Positions 26,700-39,072 of a DNA stretch of 64,000 bases are shown piece after piece; position 1 is the stretch's first letter, and each line of letters begins with the position of its first letter. The position numbers were made by a program, and so were the translations under genes. Source of the stretch: Octopus bimaculoides (taxonomy: Eukaryota); the NCBI RefSeq assembly GCF_001194135.2, contig NC_068984.1, positions 99,848,023-99,912,022 on the forward strand, given 5' to 3'. The notes below the pieces were generated by a model. The model was given only the letters and a program-made list of their open reading frames with translations, was not told the origin of the DNA and did no database searches.

Positions 26700-27383
26700 T
26701 TTTATTCTTTTACTTGTTTCAGTCATTTGACTGCAGCCATGCTGGAGCACCAACTTAAAGAGTTTTAGTCAAAGAAATTGACCCCAGGACTTATTCTTTG
26801 TAAGCCTAGTTCTTATTCTATTAGTCACTTTTTCTTAACTGCTAAGTTACAGGGACATAAACACAACAGCATCAGTTCAGTTCTATATGTAAGAGATGAG
26901 GAATTATGTACATTATTTACATTATTTACATTTGACAGATATGTGTCTTCATCTTGTTTGTTGTTAACACAACGTTTCGGCTGATACAGCTTCCCACCTT
27001 CACCAGGTGCCTTGGGGAAATTTTGAACCTGGGTTCTCATTCCTAAGGTATTTTTCGATATTATTATCATCATTATTATTATTATTATCATCATTCAGGT
27101 AACTGCCTGGAATCAGACTCGAAATCTTGGGGTTAGTAGCCTGTTCTCTTAACCACAGGCATATGGCATAGTGATTAAGAGCGTGGGCTACTAACCCCAA
27201 GATTCCGAGTTCGATTCCAGGCAGTGACCTGAATAATGATAATAATAATAATAATAATAATAACATCGAAAAATACCTTAGGAATGAGAACCCAGGTTTG
27301 AAATTTCCTCAAGACACCTGACCAAGGCTGGAGGGTGAGGGTATATCAGCTGAAACGTTGAGGTAATGGTAGGGAGTCAAGCA

Positions 27384-27440
<57 letters not shown>

Positions 27441-27600
27441 GACAAACTTCTTTCAGTTTTCCTCTACCAAATCCACTCACAAGGCTTTGGTCAGCCTGAG
27501 GTTATAGTAAAACAAATTTGCCCAAGGTACCATGCAGTGGGACTGAACCCAGGATCATGTGGTTGAGCAGCAAGCTTCTTATCACAGTCATGCCTTCACC
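26700..27600 (-). mobile_element. Full-length SINE family A interrupted by the hammerhead fold-back element
   Basis: 3' half 26700-26877 and 5' half 27361-27600 join into the same sequence as the intact copy at 46320-46730. Confidence 0.8.
26878..27360. mobile_element. Fold-back element: tRNA-like head + (AAT)n + hammerhead, copy 1
   Basis: Arms are reverse complements around an apex at ~27162; left terminus cagttctatat.taagagatgagg is shared with copy 2; both hammerheads mutated (26966-27011 minus, 27313-27360 plus). Confidence 0.85.
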
Positions 27601-29158
27601 TATGATAAAAATCTAAAGATACTGTTGCAGTTATTGAAGTTTCATCCCTCAATAGCCCTTCATCCAGTTGGTCTGTAATATTCCAACCATTATTTTTCAT
27701 CCTTTCGGGGTCACTAAAATAAGTATCAGGTGAGCACAGGGATCAAATCAGTAAACTTAACCCCACCTGCAAAATTGCTGGTCTTCTACCAAAATTTGAA
27801 ACCGACATTCCAGCCATTATAATATCAAATTTGTTTTCAGACATTATGTATCTGAGATTACATTCTCAAATATTCCTTTCTTTTTAATAGTGTACTGCTG
27901 TAAATCTTCAATGCACTGAAGGAGATTTGGCAGCTCTTTCTAGCCAGTTAAGTAACCATGTAGAATTACCCATTGTCAAGTGTAAGAGTTAGGGGAAGTA
28001 GGGAAGGAGGGGGTCAACCAGTGAGATAGAGTTGTTGCTATGACAGGGTGAGTTGGTAGACCAATTTATCTCAGAATATAAATGGAATGGTTAAGATAGG
28101 GTTAGATGGTTACCATTATCAAAGAGAAAATATTTCTTTGGAAATATTCTCAGATGAAAGAGATGCTGCTCTGAGGGACTGAGAAGATAAATGCTTCTTT
28201 GATGTTTTCACCTGGGAGATATTTCTGGTGAATCAAATATGAAGATATTGACCAAAATATACCAAATGCTATCAAAAAACACGATTAACTCTTGAAGATA
28301 CCATAAACTTTTGAAACAGTTGTGTAAGATTAATGATTTATTTAACAAACACATTTCTACATCATATAACTGTCAATGAACATATGTACCATCACTTAGC
28401 AATAGTTTATGGGATATGATTTTGATGGTTAATTATAAGCAGTGTAAAGGGATGGGGTGGTCAATATGCAACAGGGATGGGGTGGGGATCAGCAGGGAAT
28501 AGTGGGGTTCAAAAGAAGGAATGGTCATCATTGTAATCACCTCAGTCGTGGTCACTATTATCATTGCCATCATTGGCATTGACCTCACCCTTAATGTAAT
28601 CATCATCATGATTATCATGTTCTGGTTGTCATCATCACCACTGTTATCATAAACATTATCCTCGTCATCATTGTCCATATAATCATCATCATTAACATTA
28701 TCAGTGTTTCCACAATTATCAACATTAACACAACCACTATGTGCTACTTCCTCCGCCTCATCATCATCATGTCTTAGCAGACGTCATTATTATCATTTTC
28801 ACCATCATTGCAATCATCATAATTATTGTTTTGGTTGTCATCATCATCACTATTATTATAATTGTTATCCTCATCATCACTGTCCATATAATCATCGTCA
28901 ACATTATCAGTGTTTCCACAATTATTATCTTCAACAGTAACACATTTACTATATACCACCTTCCTCTCCTCCTCCTCCTCCTCCTCATCATCATCATCAT
29001 GTCTTGGAAGACATGATCATTATCATATTCACCATCATCATCATCATCATCATCATCATCTTTTTTTATGCTCTGATATTATATGTATAGGCTAATTCTT
29101 AGACAGTACATAACCATACCTTCTCCTTGAAATATTGTAGACTGCATTGGTGGCTAAA

Positions 29159-29406
29159 ATTTCTTTATTTGTGTATTAAGGCTACCATTGGTTTCATGTT
29201 AAAAAGATATCTTAATATCCTAACAATTTTTCAAGCTGATCACATGGAGGAATGGTGTTCATCTCTATTTTGGATGAAAACACAAAGTATCCAAAATGGA
29301 GACAAACATCATTCCTCCATGCGATTGGCTTGAAAAATTGTTTAGATATTAAGATATTTTTCTTAACATGAAACCAAAGGTAGCCTTAATACACAAATAA
29401 AGAAAT
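29159..29406. repeat. Long hairpin / MITE-like inverted repeat
   Basis: Arms 29159-29275 and 29289-29406, about 90% identical by manual alignment, 13-nt loop. Confidence 0.9.
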
Positions 29407-29743
29407 ATATATATGAAGAGGAAATGTGTGAAATTCTTTTTACACTGTAATTAAACTATTTTAAAATGTTTTATTAACAATCAGAATTGTTTCAAATACA
29501 CTATTATATATTTCAAATATATTATTATGTATTCGAAAGTACATTATAACATAGTTTTAAAGGTAGATATAGTGTATTGGCTGTAAGTAGCCTTGTAATA
29601 GACATGCAAGATAACAAGGGAGATTATGCTATGTAACAAGGGTATGTTTATTAACCTAAATTTATTACAAACACACTAGGGAACAAGGAGGTAATGTTAT
29701 GAACTTCAAATATTCAAAGAGAAATGAACAAATATATTTTCAG

Positions 29744-30062
29744 AAATGTTGGTACTAAAATTTTAAAATACTTGTTAGAATTAATTATCAGTTTAAACTT
29801 GGTTTCTATTTTGCAATACAAAATTTTTTCTTCAGTACTTCCTTTTTGTTAATTCTTGTTCTGTTTTCCACACATTGGTATAATGAGAAAATTTGAAATA
29901 TAGCTATTGAGTTCTTATACATTGATCTAAATGTTTACTGGGAGAAATTTTTCTAGCATAGATTACATATTTCCTGTTGGTGAACCATCAATTATTTTCT
30001 GTGACATGCTTTTTTGGCTTCTGTAAGCATGTAAAATCATCTTTATTATAAAATTATTTCTT

Positions 30063-30114
<52 letters not shown>

Positions 30115-30819
30115 CCTCTCTCTCTCCCCCCTCTCTCTCTCTTTTTTTTTTTAAAACAAAACTCTTTAATTCAAATTCTACAGTTGATCTTCAGAATTTT
30201 ATGACTGTCAGATTTGATATAATACTGGTAGGTAATTGAACATTTGTTAGTTTCCTTAGTAATTTTTAACTGTTTATTATTTTTTTAGTTCTCTAACATA
30301 CTTCACATTTATGGATGGTATTTTAAAAGTGGTATAATTTGATTAATTATATTAATGGTATCCATATTCAAAGATCTATGGATTGAATGAAATGTAAAGT
30401 AAAACTATTTCCCTCTTAATAGTTCTGAAATAACTGGTGTCAATTTTCTCTGCTATCACTTTTCTACTGTCATTTCATTATGGTAAGTAACAGCTTTCAA
30501 TCAAAATATCTTTCAGTTTCTCTGGGTTTTTTTTTCTTTCAGGTTGATTAGATTTGATATGATGGTATATACTTTTGTAGTTAGATTGAATGGAATAGTA
30601 ATTCTTGTGTGTTTATTATGGCATGAAGTATACAGGGAATATTGCTTTGAACCTGTTGGTTTAGAATATACATCTGTCTTAATCCTACTCAGTATTTCTT
30701 ATAGCAAATATGTGTACAAAAGTAATTTATTCTTGCTGTATTTCATACTGGATGTTGTTTTTAATACTGTTTATGAGTGTCTTAATTTCATAAAGTTTAT
30801 CCAAACTTTCTTCCCTTAA
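29744..30819 (+). CDS. Candidate cluster of very small exons (unverified)
   Basis: AG/GT-bounded blocks 29744-29751, 29836-29877, 29962-30022, 30184-30227, 30289-30317, 30423-30482, 30543-30819 can be spliced into one ~172-aa open frame; splice sites were chosen by eye and no homology was recognised. Confidence 0.2.
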
Positions 30820-31315
30820 AATAAAACAATCATCAAAATATCAATTGATAAGAACTGTTTTCTAGCCTTGAGTTATTTATAATCCGGTACAGAGGCTAGT
30901 TTCTGTTAAGTTCAATATATGTATTTACTTTGAACATTTGACCATAATTTCATCCTGAGTTTAGCTTATTTTGTGGTTGTGTAATGACTTGACTTTGACA
31001 TAAGACATTATTTTTGTTTGTTTGTTTTCAATGGATGGTTTTTCTGAAGAATATTTTTTTCGCGATTCCTCTGTATAACTGCAAAATCAATTGATTCTTT
31101 TCTCCCCTATTTAGATTGAAATAATTTCTTCATGGTTACATTCTTCTTTCCATAGTTTGCATATATTTTTTTTATTAATGTTCCTTCTACTTTCTTGTTC
31201 TTAAACTTAGTATTCCTACTTCTATTCTGAATTTTTCTAGAGATATTAATTCTCCAAGTTGCTTTTGTTGGTGCAGTTCATCTTTTATTAGTTTCATTTT
31301 ATATAATCTAAACAG

Positions 31316-31361
31316 TACTGTCAGAGAAGTTAATAGAGAAGAAAGAATAGTTTCCAAGGAG
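31316..31361 (+). CDS. Candidate internal exon (unverified)
   Basis: T-rich acceptor ...ctaaacag|, purine-rich open frame TVREVNREERIVSKE, donor GAG|GTTAGT. Confidence 0.25.
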
Positions 31362-31899
31362 GTTAGTCAGAATTTGTACCGACTATGCAAAACTCTAGAA
31401 ACTGTGTTTATTTATTTATAACTTAAATAGTTCAAACAACTAAAATAAGGGAGAAAAATATTCCCCTGTCAATAATTTTGATTAAAAGTCATATTAGCCT
31501 CATCTGAAAGAAGAATCTCCATTCATGTAGTTTAGATTTTTGGGATAAGGTTAAGAAGAACTGCAATAAAGTTGACACATACTAATGGGGAGGCATTGTA
31601 CTCATCACATGAGCATTCAGCTCTGAGTAAACTGCTTCTTATAACAGAAACAGCTATAAGTTAATGAAAATGATTACATAACTCCTGTTATTTTCATCAT
31701 TTATTCATTGGTGTTATGCTTTGTACTCATCTGATGCTTTACTGAAAAGCATAAGTAAACTGATTATAACAACTGGTTATTAGATTCACTCTGCCTTAGT
31801 GAACTTGCAATATCTTTATATTCATCCATCCATCCATCCATTCACACACATACATTATTATTATTTATTTATTTATTTATTATTATTATTATTATTATA

Positions 31900-32050
31900 A
31901 TTATTATTGTTATTATTATTATTATAATTATTATTGTTATTATTATTATTATTATTATTGAGCGAGAGACCAATGAATGCCATCAAAGTGACACTGGAGT
32001 AAAATATACAAAGCCCAGTACACCCATCATGACTACCCATCTGATAAGGG
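31900..32050 (-). repeat. 3' tail of an unclassified retro-repeat ending in (AAT)n
   Basis: gagagac.a.tg.atgccatcaaagtgacactgg.gtaaaatatac.aagcccagta; second copy at 63915-64000. Confidence 0.7.
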
Positions 32051-32084
32051 TACACTACACACTATCATTATTATTATCATCATT

Positions 32085-32308
32085 AAGGTGGCAAGCTGGC
32101 AGAATTGTTAACATGCCATGCAAAATGCTCAGCAGCATTTTATCTGGCTTCATATTCTGAGTTCAAATTCCATCGAAGTTGACTTTGATTTTCCTCCTTT
32201 CAAGGTCAATAAAATAAGTACCATTTGATCATTGGGGATGATGTTATCAACCTTGTCCCCTCCTCACAAATTTCAAGCCTTGTGCTTATAAAAGAAAGGA
32301 TTATTATT
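32085..32308 (+). mobile_element. SINE family B (Nin/Deu-domain-like)
   Basis: ggtggcaagctggcagaattgttaac...gagttcaaattcc...cctttcaaggtcaataaaataagtacc...aaatttcaagccttgtgc. Confidence 0.85.
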
Positions 32309-33675
32309 TTCTCTTTATCAAAAGTTTTGTTGGAGCTCCTGGAGTATTGCATGCATAGCAGGCTTACTACCTGCAGCCTACAATACCATGCTATTCATTC
32401 TTTTCAGATGTCTAATACTTTCAAGATTATTCTGGCTGTGTCAAGGAGGCAAAGCTTTTGTAACAATTCTACTGGGCACTCTATTCCAATTTCCTTTATA
32501 TTCTTCTTGGTGCCTTTTGATACTGTTCCCAAGGACCCAACAATAATTGGCACTAACTTCACCTTTATCATCTATAGCTGGGCTATTTTGTACTTTAGAT
32601 AGTTGCATCTATCAATCTTTTTGCCTACCTTCTTGACTATTCATGGGTCAAAGGGGCATGCAATGTCAATTATATAGCATATGTGGTGCACCTTGTCCAC
32701 CACAACTAGATCTAGTCTGTTATGCTCTTGCACCCAATCTATTTGGATTGGGAAATCCCAAAGGATTTTGCTAGTCTCCAACTCTCCCACTCTCTGCAGT
32801 TTGTGCTCATACCATGTCTTGCCTCTCTCTAGCCCCCACTTTTCACACTGTTTCCAGTGGAGCATTTTCACTACCTGGTTGTGTCACCACAACATGTAGT
32901 GGTTTTGGGCAAGTCTAGGGCATTCGTTTGTGATATGGGCAATGGTTTCATCCACTCTATTGCAGATGGAGCACAGCAGAGACACTTGCTCATTCCTCAG
33001 GTTGACCCTTCAGTTTGTGGCCAGAACTAGGTCCTGTGCTGCCAGTATAGTGCTCTTGGTCTCTTTTTTAGTGTTCCTTTCATAAGCCAACCCCACCTAT
33101 TTTTTCCAGCAACTTGTGTCTACATGGAGTTGATTGGGCAGTCCCCTCTTGCGTAATTCTTCTTCATATCCTTTTTGTACTTCTTCCTTTGTTTTCCCTT
33201 TTTCTCTGCTCTCAATACCCCCACGTTCCTAACTGTCACTTGCAAGGTTTCCTTCCTTTGGGCTAGGCATCTCATTAAGCTCTTGGATTTGATACACATG
33301 CAGTCTTCCACACTTACCTGTCCCCTTCCTCCATTTGCTCTCTTCATGTATAGGCGATCAGTGTCTGCACATGAATGATAGGCTTTATGCATCATTAAGA
33401 GCTTTCTTGATTTCCTGTCCATCTCCTCAGTCCAATTCAAGGTTCCAGTGCCATACCAAACTACTGAGACTGCAGACAAGTTTATTGCCAAAATTATGTT
33501 TCTGGCATTCAGCTTTGAAGCCAGTATTTTTCTCACTCACCATAGATGCTCTCTTTTTGTCTTTTCTTTCGTGTTGTGGTGTTTGATTCCATCTGCCTCA
33601 AGTATTCCCAGGTTTTTATAACTGGAATAAGGTTAAAATTGCCTTCATCATTTCACTATCTGGCAGTCATATGCC
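32309..33675 (-). mobile_element. R4/Dong-clade RLE non-LTR retrotransposon, 5'-truncated
   Basis: RKILASKLNARNIILAIN...DRLYMKRANGGRG (RT C-terminus), CSIC...H...C knuckle, KILWDFPIQID...NRLDLVVVDK...IIDIACPFD (RLE), VPIIVGSLG...LQKLCLLDTARII; stops and frameshifts. Confidence 0.92.
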
Positions 33676-34264
33676 TTATTATTATTATTATTATTATCAT
33701 CATCATCATCATCACCATCATGATCATCATCATCATCATCATCATCATGACAATATGAAGAGTGCGATGTGATTGCAATAGATATTTTATTGGTTGAATG
33801 ATATTTCAAACAGCAAGCCTGTCTTTGTTGAGTTCAAAATAAAAAGTGATAAAAATTCAAAATTATATAAATTTTAATTTAAAATATGAACGAGAGCAAC
33901 CAGCATCCATACGTTGATGGAATGACATCATCATTCTTCAAGTTTCAGTTTTACAATGGGCAAAAGAAAAAGAAAGAAAATAAGAGAAAAAAAAGAAAAG
34001 AAAAAGAAGAATATTTAATCCAACAGTTTTGTGTAAATTTGATGAAATTCTCCTATCATTTTATTCATTCCTCCAGGGTGTGATATTAATAACCCACAAA
34101 CATATTTCTCCTCATGCATTTTGAGTACTGAAAGTGTATCAGATTCAGAATATTTTTGAGAATATGCACTTTCAAGTCTTTTTCAAAATTATATCCATTT
34201 GATGCAAAATTATTGTTAGTATTATTTTTTAATAGAGTTTGATCCAGTTCCATGCAACTTCAAG

Positions 34265-34442
34265 TTTCGTAGATTACTTACAGAAACCTAGCTTATTCAG
34301 GTTCAGACTACCAAATGGAGAAATACAGGATGTCCAAAATGGCTAAATGTGCTATTTCCAGTAGCCATCATGGACTTTCTGTATTTCTCTATTCAATAAC
34401 CTGGACCTGAACAAGCTAGGTTTCTATAAGAAGCCTGTGAAA
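34265..34442. repeat. Hairpin / MITE-like inverted repeat
   Basis: 81-nt arms (34265-34345, 34362-34442), about 78% identical by manual alignment, 16-nt loop. Confidence 0.8.
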
Positions 34443-34881
34443 CGTAAAGCCAAATCAAATTGTTTTGAATAATAATATATGTAACTCCTGCTAAAAGTAT
34501 TGAGTTCCTTTTTCTTTAATATTTCTACACACTTGTGTGTATCCGTGTATGCACACATGTGTGCGTGCATGTGTGTGTGCTATTGTGTGTAAAGTGTAGA
34601 TTATTTTTATCCAGTCGGGTTTGTTTCTGGGTCATGTAAGTTGCTTGGAGAGGGTCTGTCAGGTAATTGCAAACCTTATTGGACCTAAGATTATTAGGTT
34701 TTGCAATTGCTGGTGAGGTGACTTTCCAATACCCAGTCATGTAGGAGGGCACCACAGTGAACATGGAAGCTGCAAGTGCAAACCCAGGTGAAGCTGACTA
34801 CATGTGCAATAAATTCATTCATAGGCATTGTTGGCATTTTGCATGGGTGATGGTCTTCCACAGTTGCAAGTGGACAGCCAC

Positions 34882-34912
<31 letters not shown>

Positions 34913-35189
34913 GCACACACATACATGGTGTCACAGATTTAACTATCTATTTAAAGGAAAAAATACAGACAGAATTTTATGTTTATTACTTAATTATGAT
35001 ATTAAAACAAATAGATTTATATATAAATCTTACATCAATACTTTATTAAAATTTTCAACATGTATTCTGTCTGTATCCCTGCAAATTTCAGATTTATCCA
35101 TAGCATTTTAAATTACATTTTGAAGCATTTTGCAGCCAAATTGAATGAGAGAAAATGATTGTAGCCAAATTGAAAAAAAAGTTATGGAC

Positions 35190-36060
35190 AGATAAGTGGG
35201 ATCCCACTGGAATAAAAATAAAATTATAAATAAAATTAACAATTCAGATCGATCAGGGTCCTCTGACAGAACGCTTTGCTTTGTTAAGAAAAGTGTGGAG
35301 GATAATCCTCTTTGCAAAGCCTCTAACATAGCAGAACAAGTTGATGTTAGTCATAGAACAGCTGTCAGGTATCTCCACAAACTTGGCTACTAAGGCAGAG
35401 CAGCAAGAAGGAAGCCACTTCTTCAATCAGCCAATATCAAGTGAAGAATAGATTGGGCCAGTGAGTTGGTGGAAAGATCACTAGTATTTTGGGACATTGC
35501 CATATTCTCTGGTGAGTCCAGATTTACTGTATTTTCTGGTCAAGTGTGGGTCAGGAGTCTCTATGATCAAGAATTGATTTGTAAAGATTGCTGCCAACAA
35601 TGAAACATGGTGATGGTCTGGGGAACAATTTAGAGTAATGGTTGATCAGAGCTAGTGGAGTGTGAGGGAAACATAAACTCAGATAAATATGTGTCCATAT
35701 TGCAGAAAAGATTCCTTCCAATCTTTTCCAATGGTAAAAGGATTAAAGAAGACTTTATGGAAGATCAGCTCCTTTTCACATGGCTTAAAAGACCCAAGAT
35801 TGCTTGGAAGAGAATGGCATTAAAAAGCTACCTTGGTGAAGCCAGTCACTAGATATGAATCCTATTGAACACCTCTGGAGCATAATGGACAGGACACTTC
35901 ATAAAAAGAAAAAGAAAGCATTCCCAAAGCCAGTTCTCTTGAGATTATTGCATGAAACTTGACAAGAAATTCCTCAAGAGAGTATTCATCATCTGATCAG
36001 TAACATGCCTAATAGGGTCCTTGGAATGAAAAATTCAAATGGTAGGTCTACTAAATATTA
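35190..36060 (+). mobile_element. Tc1-family transposase remnant
   Basis: VSHRTAVRYLHKLGY*GRAARRKPLL...IFSGESRF...EGNINSDKYVSILQK...NPIEHLWSIM; Tc1 HTH and DDE motifs with stops. Confidence 0.85.
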
Positions 36061-36889
36061 GATATTCACATTATAATAATTAATAAATAATTTGAATGTA
36101 TAATTTCATATTTCAATAAACTTTAACAATTATAAGGGTGTCTATTTACTTCTGTCATGTCCATGTGTGTGTGTGTGTGTGGGTGTGTATTTATATATAT
36201 ATATAGCTGCATGTGTGTATGTTTGTGTGTTATGCACACACTCTATCCCTCCTCACACTATTTTCATAAGACATCATTGAAAACTTTTCTACACCCTTGT
36301 AGCAGTTTTCAAATCTGTTTGTTGGGTTGTTTTTGTTTTAATCCCAGTGTAGAGATTGTTTACTATTGTTTTATTATCAGACAGACTTTCTCCACTCTTG
36401 TTCACCACCACCACCTCTACTTCTATTACTTCATCTTGCTTTACCTTGTCTTTACACATTTTCCCCTCTTCTTTCTTTGTTTCGTTTATTCTATCTACTT
36501 TCAGCTTACCTGTAAGTTACTTAACACATGTAAGTATCACATGTAGTACAAACATAGAATGATATCTAACATGAGCCAAGACAACAGCAACAATGAGAGC
36601 CTCTATGTCAGTGCTTTTGTACCTGTGTTTTGTGAAATCATGCAGGTGGTTTGTAAAATTATGCAGGTGTATTGTGAAATTGATGCAATTGTATTGTTGT
36701 AAATTTATCTTGGTGTGTTGCTAAAATTGACTGAAGCCTGAATATTGTTTTCTACCTGTGATTTATTTCACTTTAGCAGATTTCATAATTAAACACTGAT
36801 TGAACAATTTTGCACAAAGCTAATGTGGTATTGAATGTTGTTACTTAATCTACTGAAATTAGCAGCCAAATCTCCATTAGATCATAATC

Positions 36890-37470
36890 CTTTCTACTAT
36901 AGGCACAAGGCCTGAAATTTTAGTGGGATGGGGCTTATCTATTACATCAACCCCAGTACTCAACAAGTACTTATTTCATTGAGCTCCTCAAAAGGATGAG
37001 AGGCAGAATCAACCTCGGTGGAATTTGAACTCAAAATGTAAAGCCAGAAGAAATACCACTAAGGATTTTGTCTGGCATGCTAACAATTTTGCTAGCTCAT
37101 ACACTGTCTTGATTAAAAATGGCATAGTCACTGTTGGAATGCCATTGGTTTATTTGATTAACACATTAACTGTTGTGACCTGTTACTGGAAGTTATTGGT
37201 AATGCCACATACCTTCAGTCACACTGCATACTATTTAATTGTAAGAAAATATAAGGCAGTAAGCTGGCAAAATTGTTAGCATGTTGGGCAAAATGCTTAA
37301 TGGCATTTCGCCCATTTTTACGTCCTGAGTTCAAATTCTGCCAAGGTCAACTTTGCCTGTTATCCTTTCTGGATCAATAAAACAAGTACCAGTTGAGCAC
37401 TGGGGTCAATGTAATCAACTCATACCCTTCCCCAAAATTGTCGGCCTTGTGCCAAAATTCGAAACCAATT
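36890..37470. mobile_element. Two family B SINEs head-to-head (36890-37095 minus, 37255-37470 plus)
   Basis: Same family B body in opposite orientations. Confidence 0.8.
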
Positions 37471-38878
37471 ATAAGCAAATGTAATTTTTTTTTGCATTTT
37501 TACAATATTTCATAATTAAACTTTAATATTTAGCAGTCATGTTATATAAATATACTTGAGACCATGTCAAAGACATAAAATGAAATAATTTCTCAAATTA
37601 TGGAAGCATACCACTGGTGGTGCATAAGGAAGTTGTGTGAAGTTTGCAATGAGCCACTGGTGGTACATGTGGTGGTTAACATGTGAAAGCTGATTTAAGG
37701 TCGAATAGCAGCTACAACCAACAAACTTTTAAATATCAACCACAACACCTACTGCCTTAGCATCTACAACCTTATAAACAACAATAGCCGCAACAATCAC
37801 AACACCAAAACAGCAACTACAAGAATGAGAGCAACTACCGCAACTACAACCATATGAACTAATATAACAGTAAAAACAACATCTACAACCATGAGAACAA
37901 CAACAATAAGAGCAATGACAACAACCACACTGCCATTCCTTAAGAGTACAACAACCACTATATTCTTAAACAACAACAATTATATATATTATATATTAGT
38001 GACAGAGGTAGTCTTAATACCAAGAGATGATAATTATCCCCATTTAAACATGGATGTTCTGTTAGAAACTCTCATATTGGTTTTCTGGTGCAAAATGAAC
38101 TCATGCTTATGTTGCTGGTGGGGAGATAAATCCTTGCTACCTCAAGCGTCGAGACCACTAGATCACATGGTTTCGACCTTGTTTAGTCTTGTCAATGATG
38201 GACACTCGACTGCTAGAGACAACAGCAATATATAGATTGACAGTGCCAGAACTGGTGCATGTGTTGCGATTAGCCAGTTAGCTTGTTAAAAAATATATAT
38301 TGGTGACTAAGTGACAGTGAAAGAATAATAGGAATAAAAATAGTGATAAAAATGGAGATAAAAAGTAAAAAGAAAAAGAAAAAGGAGTTATCTTGTTTAA
38401 ATTACTTTTCTTTTTGCGTTTTGTTTATAAATTTCTTGTTACTCTATCTACCCCTCTTACTCCAACCACCTTACTATGGTGTTGTTTTTGTCTGCTGGGT
38501 TTTCTATTGTTGTTTGCAAGTATATTTAATCTTATTTGTACATTGACAACTTTTAACCTTGCCACCTTTCCACCACCATGATTATCATCATCATCATCAC
38601 TACCCATTCTAATTTTGGGGAGAGTGCGGGGTGGGGGGAAAGTTCTCTAGTTCCCCCGCAGCCCTTCTCTACTTCATTTCCTCACTTACTGCCAAAGCAA
38701 TAAACTGGGAGAGAGAGGGAGGAGGAAAATTGAGTATTTCAGTGAAAAAGTGGTGAATTCCTTGCTTTGTAAAGCAGTGATTACCTATCAGTCTGTTTGC
38801 CTATCTGTCTGTCTCTCAAACTGTCTTTCTGTCTATCTTTTTGCCACTTTCTGTTTTTCTGTTTGTCTACCTATCTAA

Positions 38879-38879
<1 letters not shown>

Positions 38880-38938
<59 letters not shown>

Positions 38939-39025
38939 TACTGTCTATCTATCTATCTAGCTAGCTAGCTACCACTGTCTATCTATCTATCTGTCTGTCG
39001 GTCTATCTATCTGTCTGTCTGTTTG

Positions 39026-39072
<47 letters not shown>

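Noticed and set aside
27164-27229. Genuine tRNA gene
   Set aside because: The anticodon and acceptor stems do not pair properly and it is fused to a repeat body; it is a tRNA-derived head.
34920-36160. TIRs for the Tc1 remnant
   Set aside because: Only patchy similarity (catgg...acaga), not enough to define the ends.
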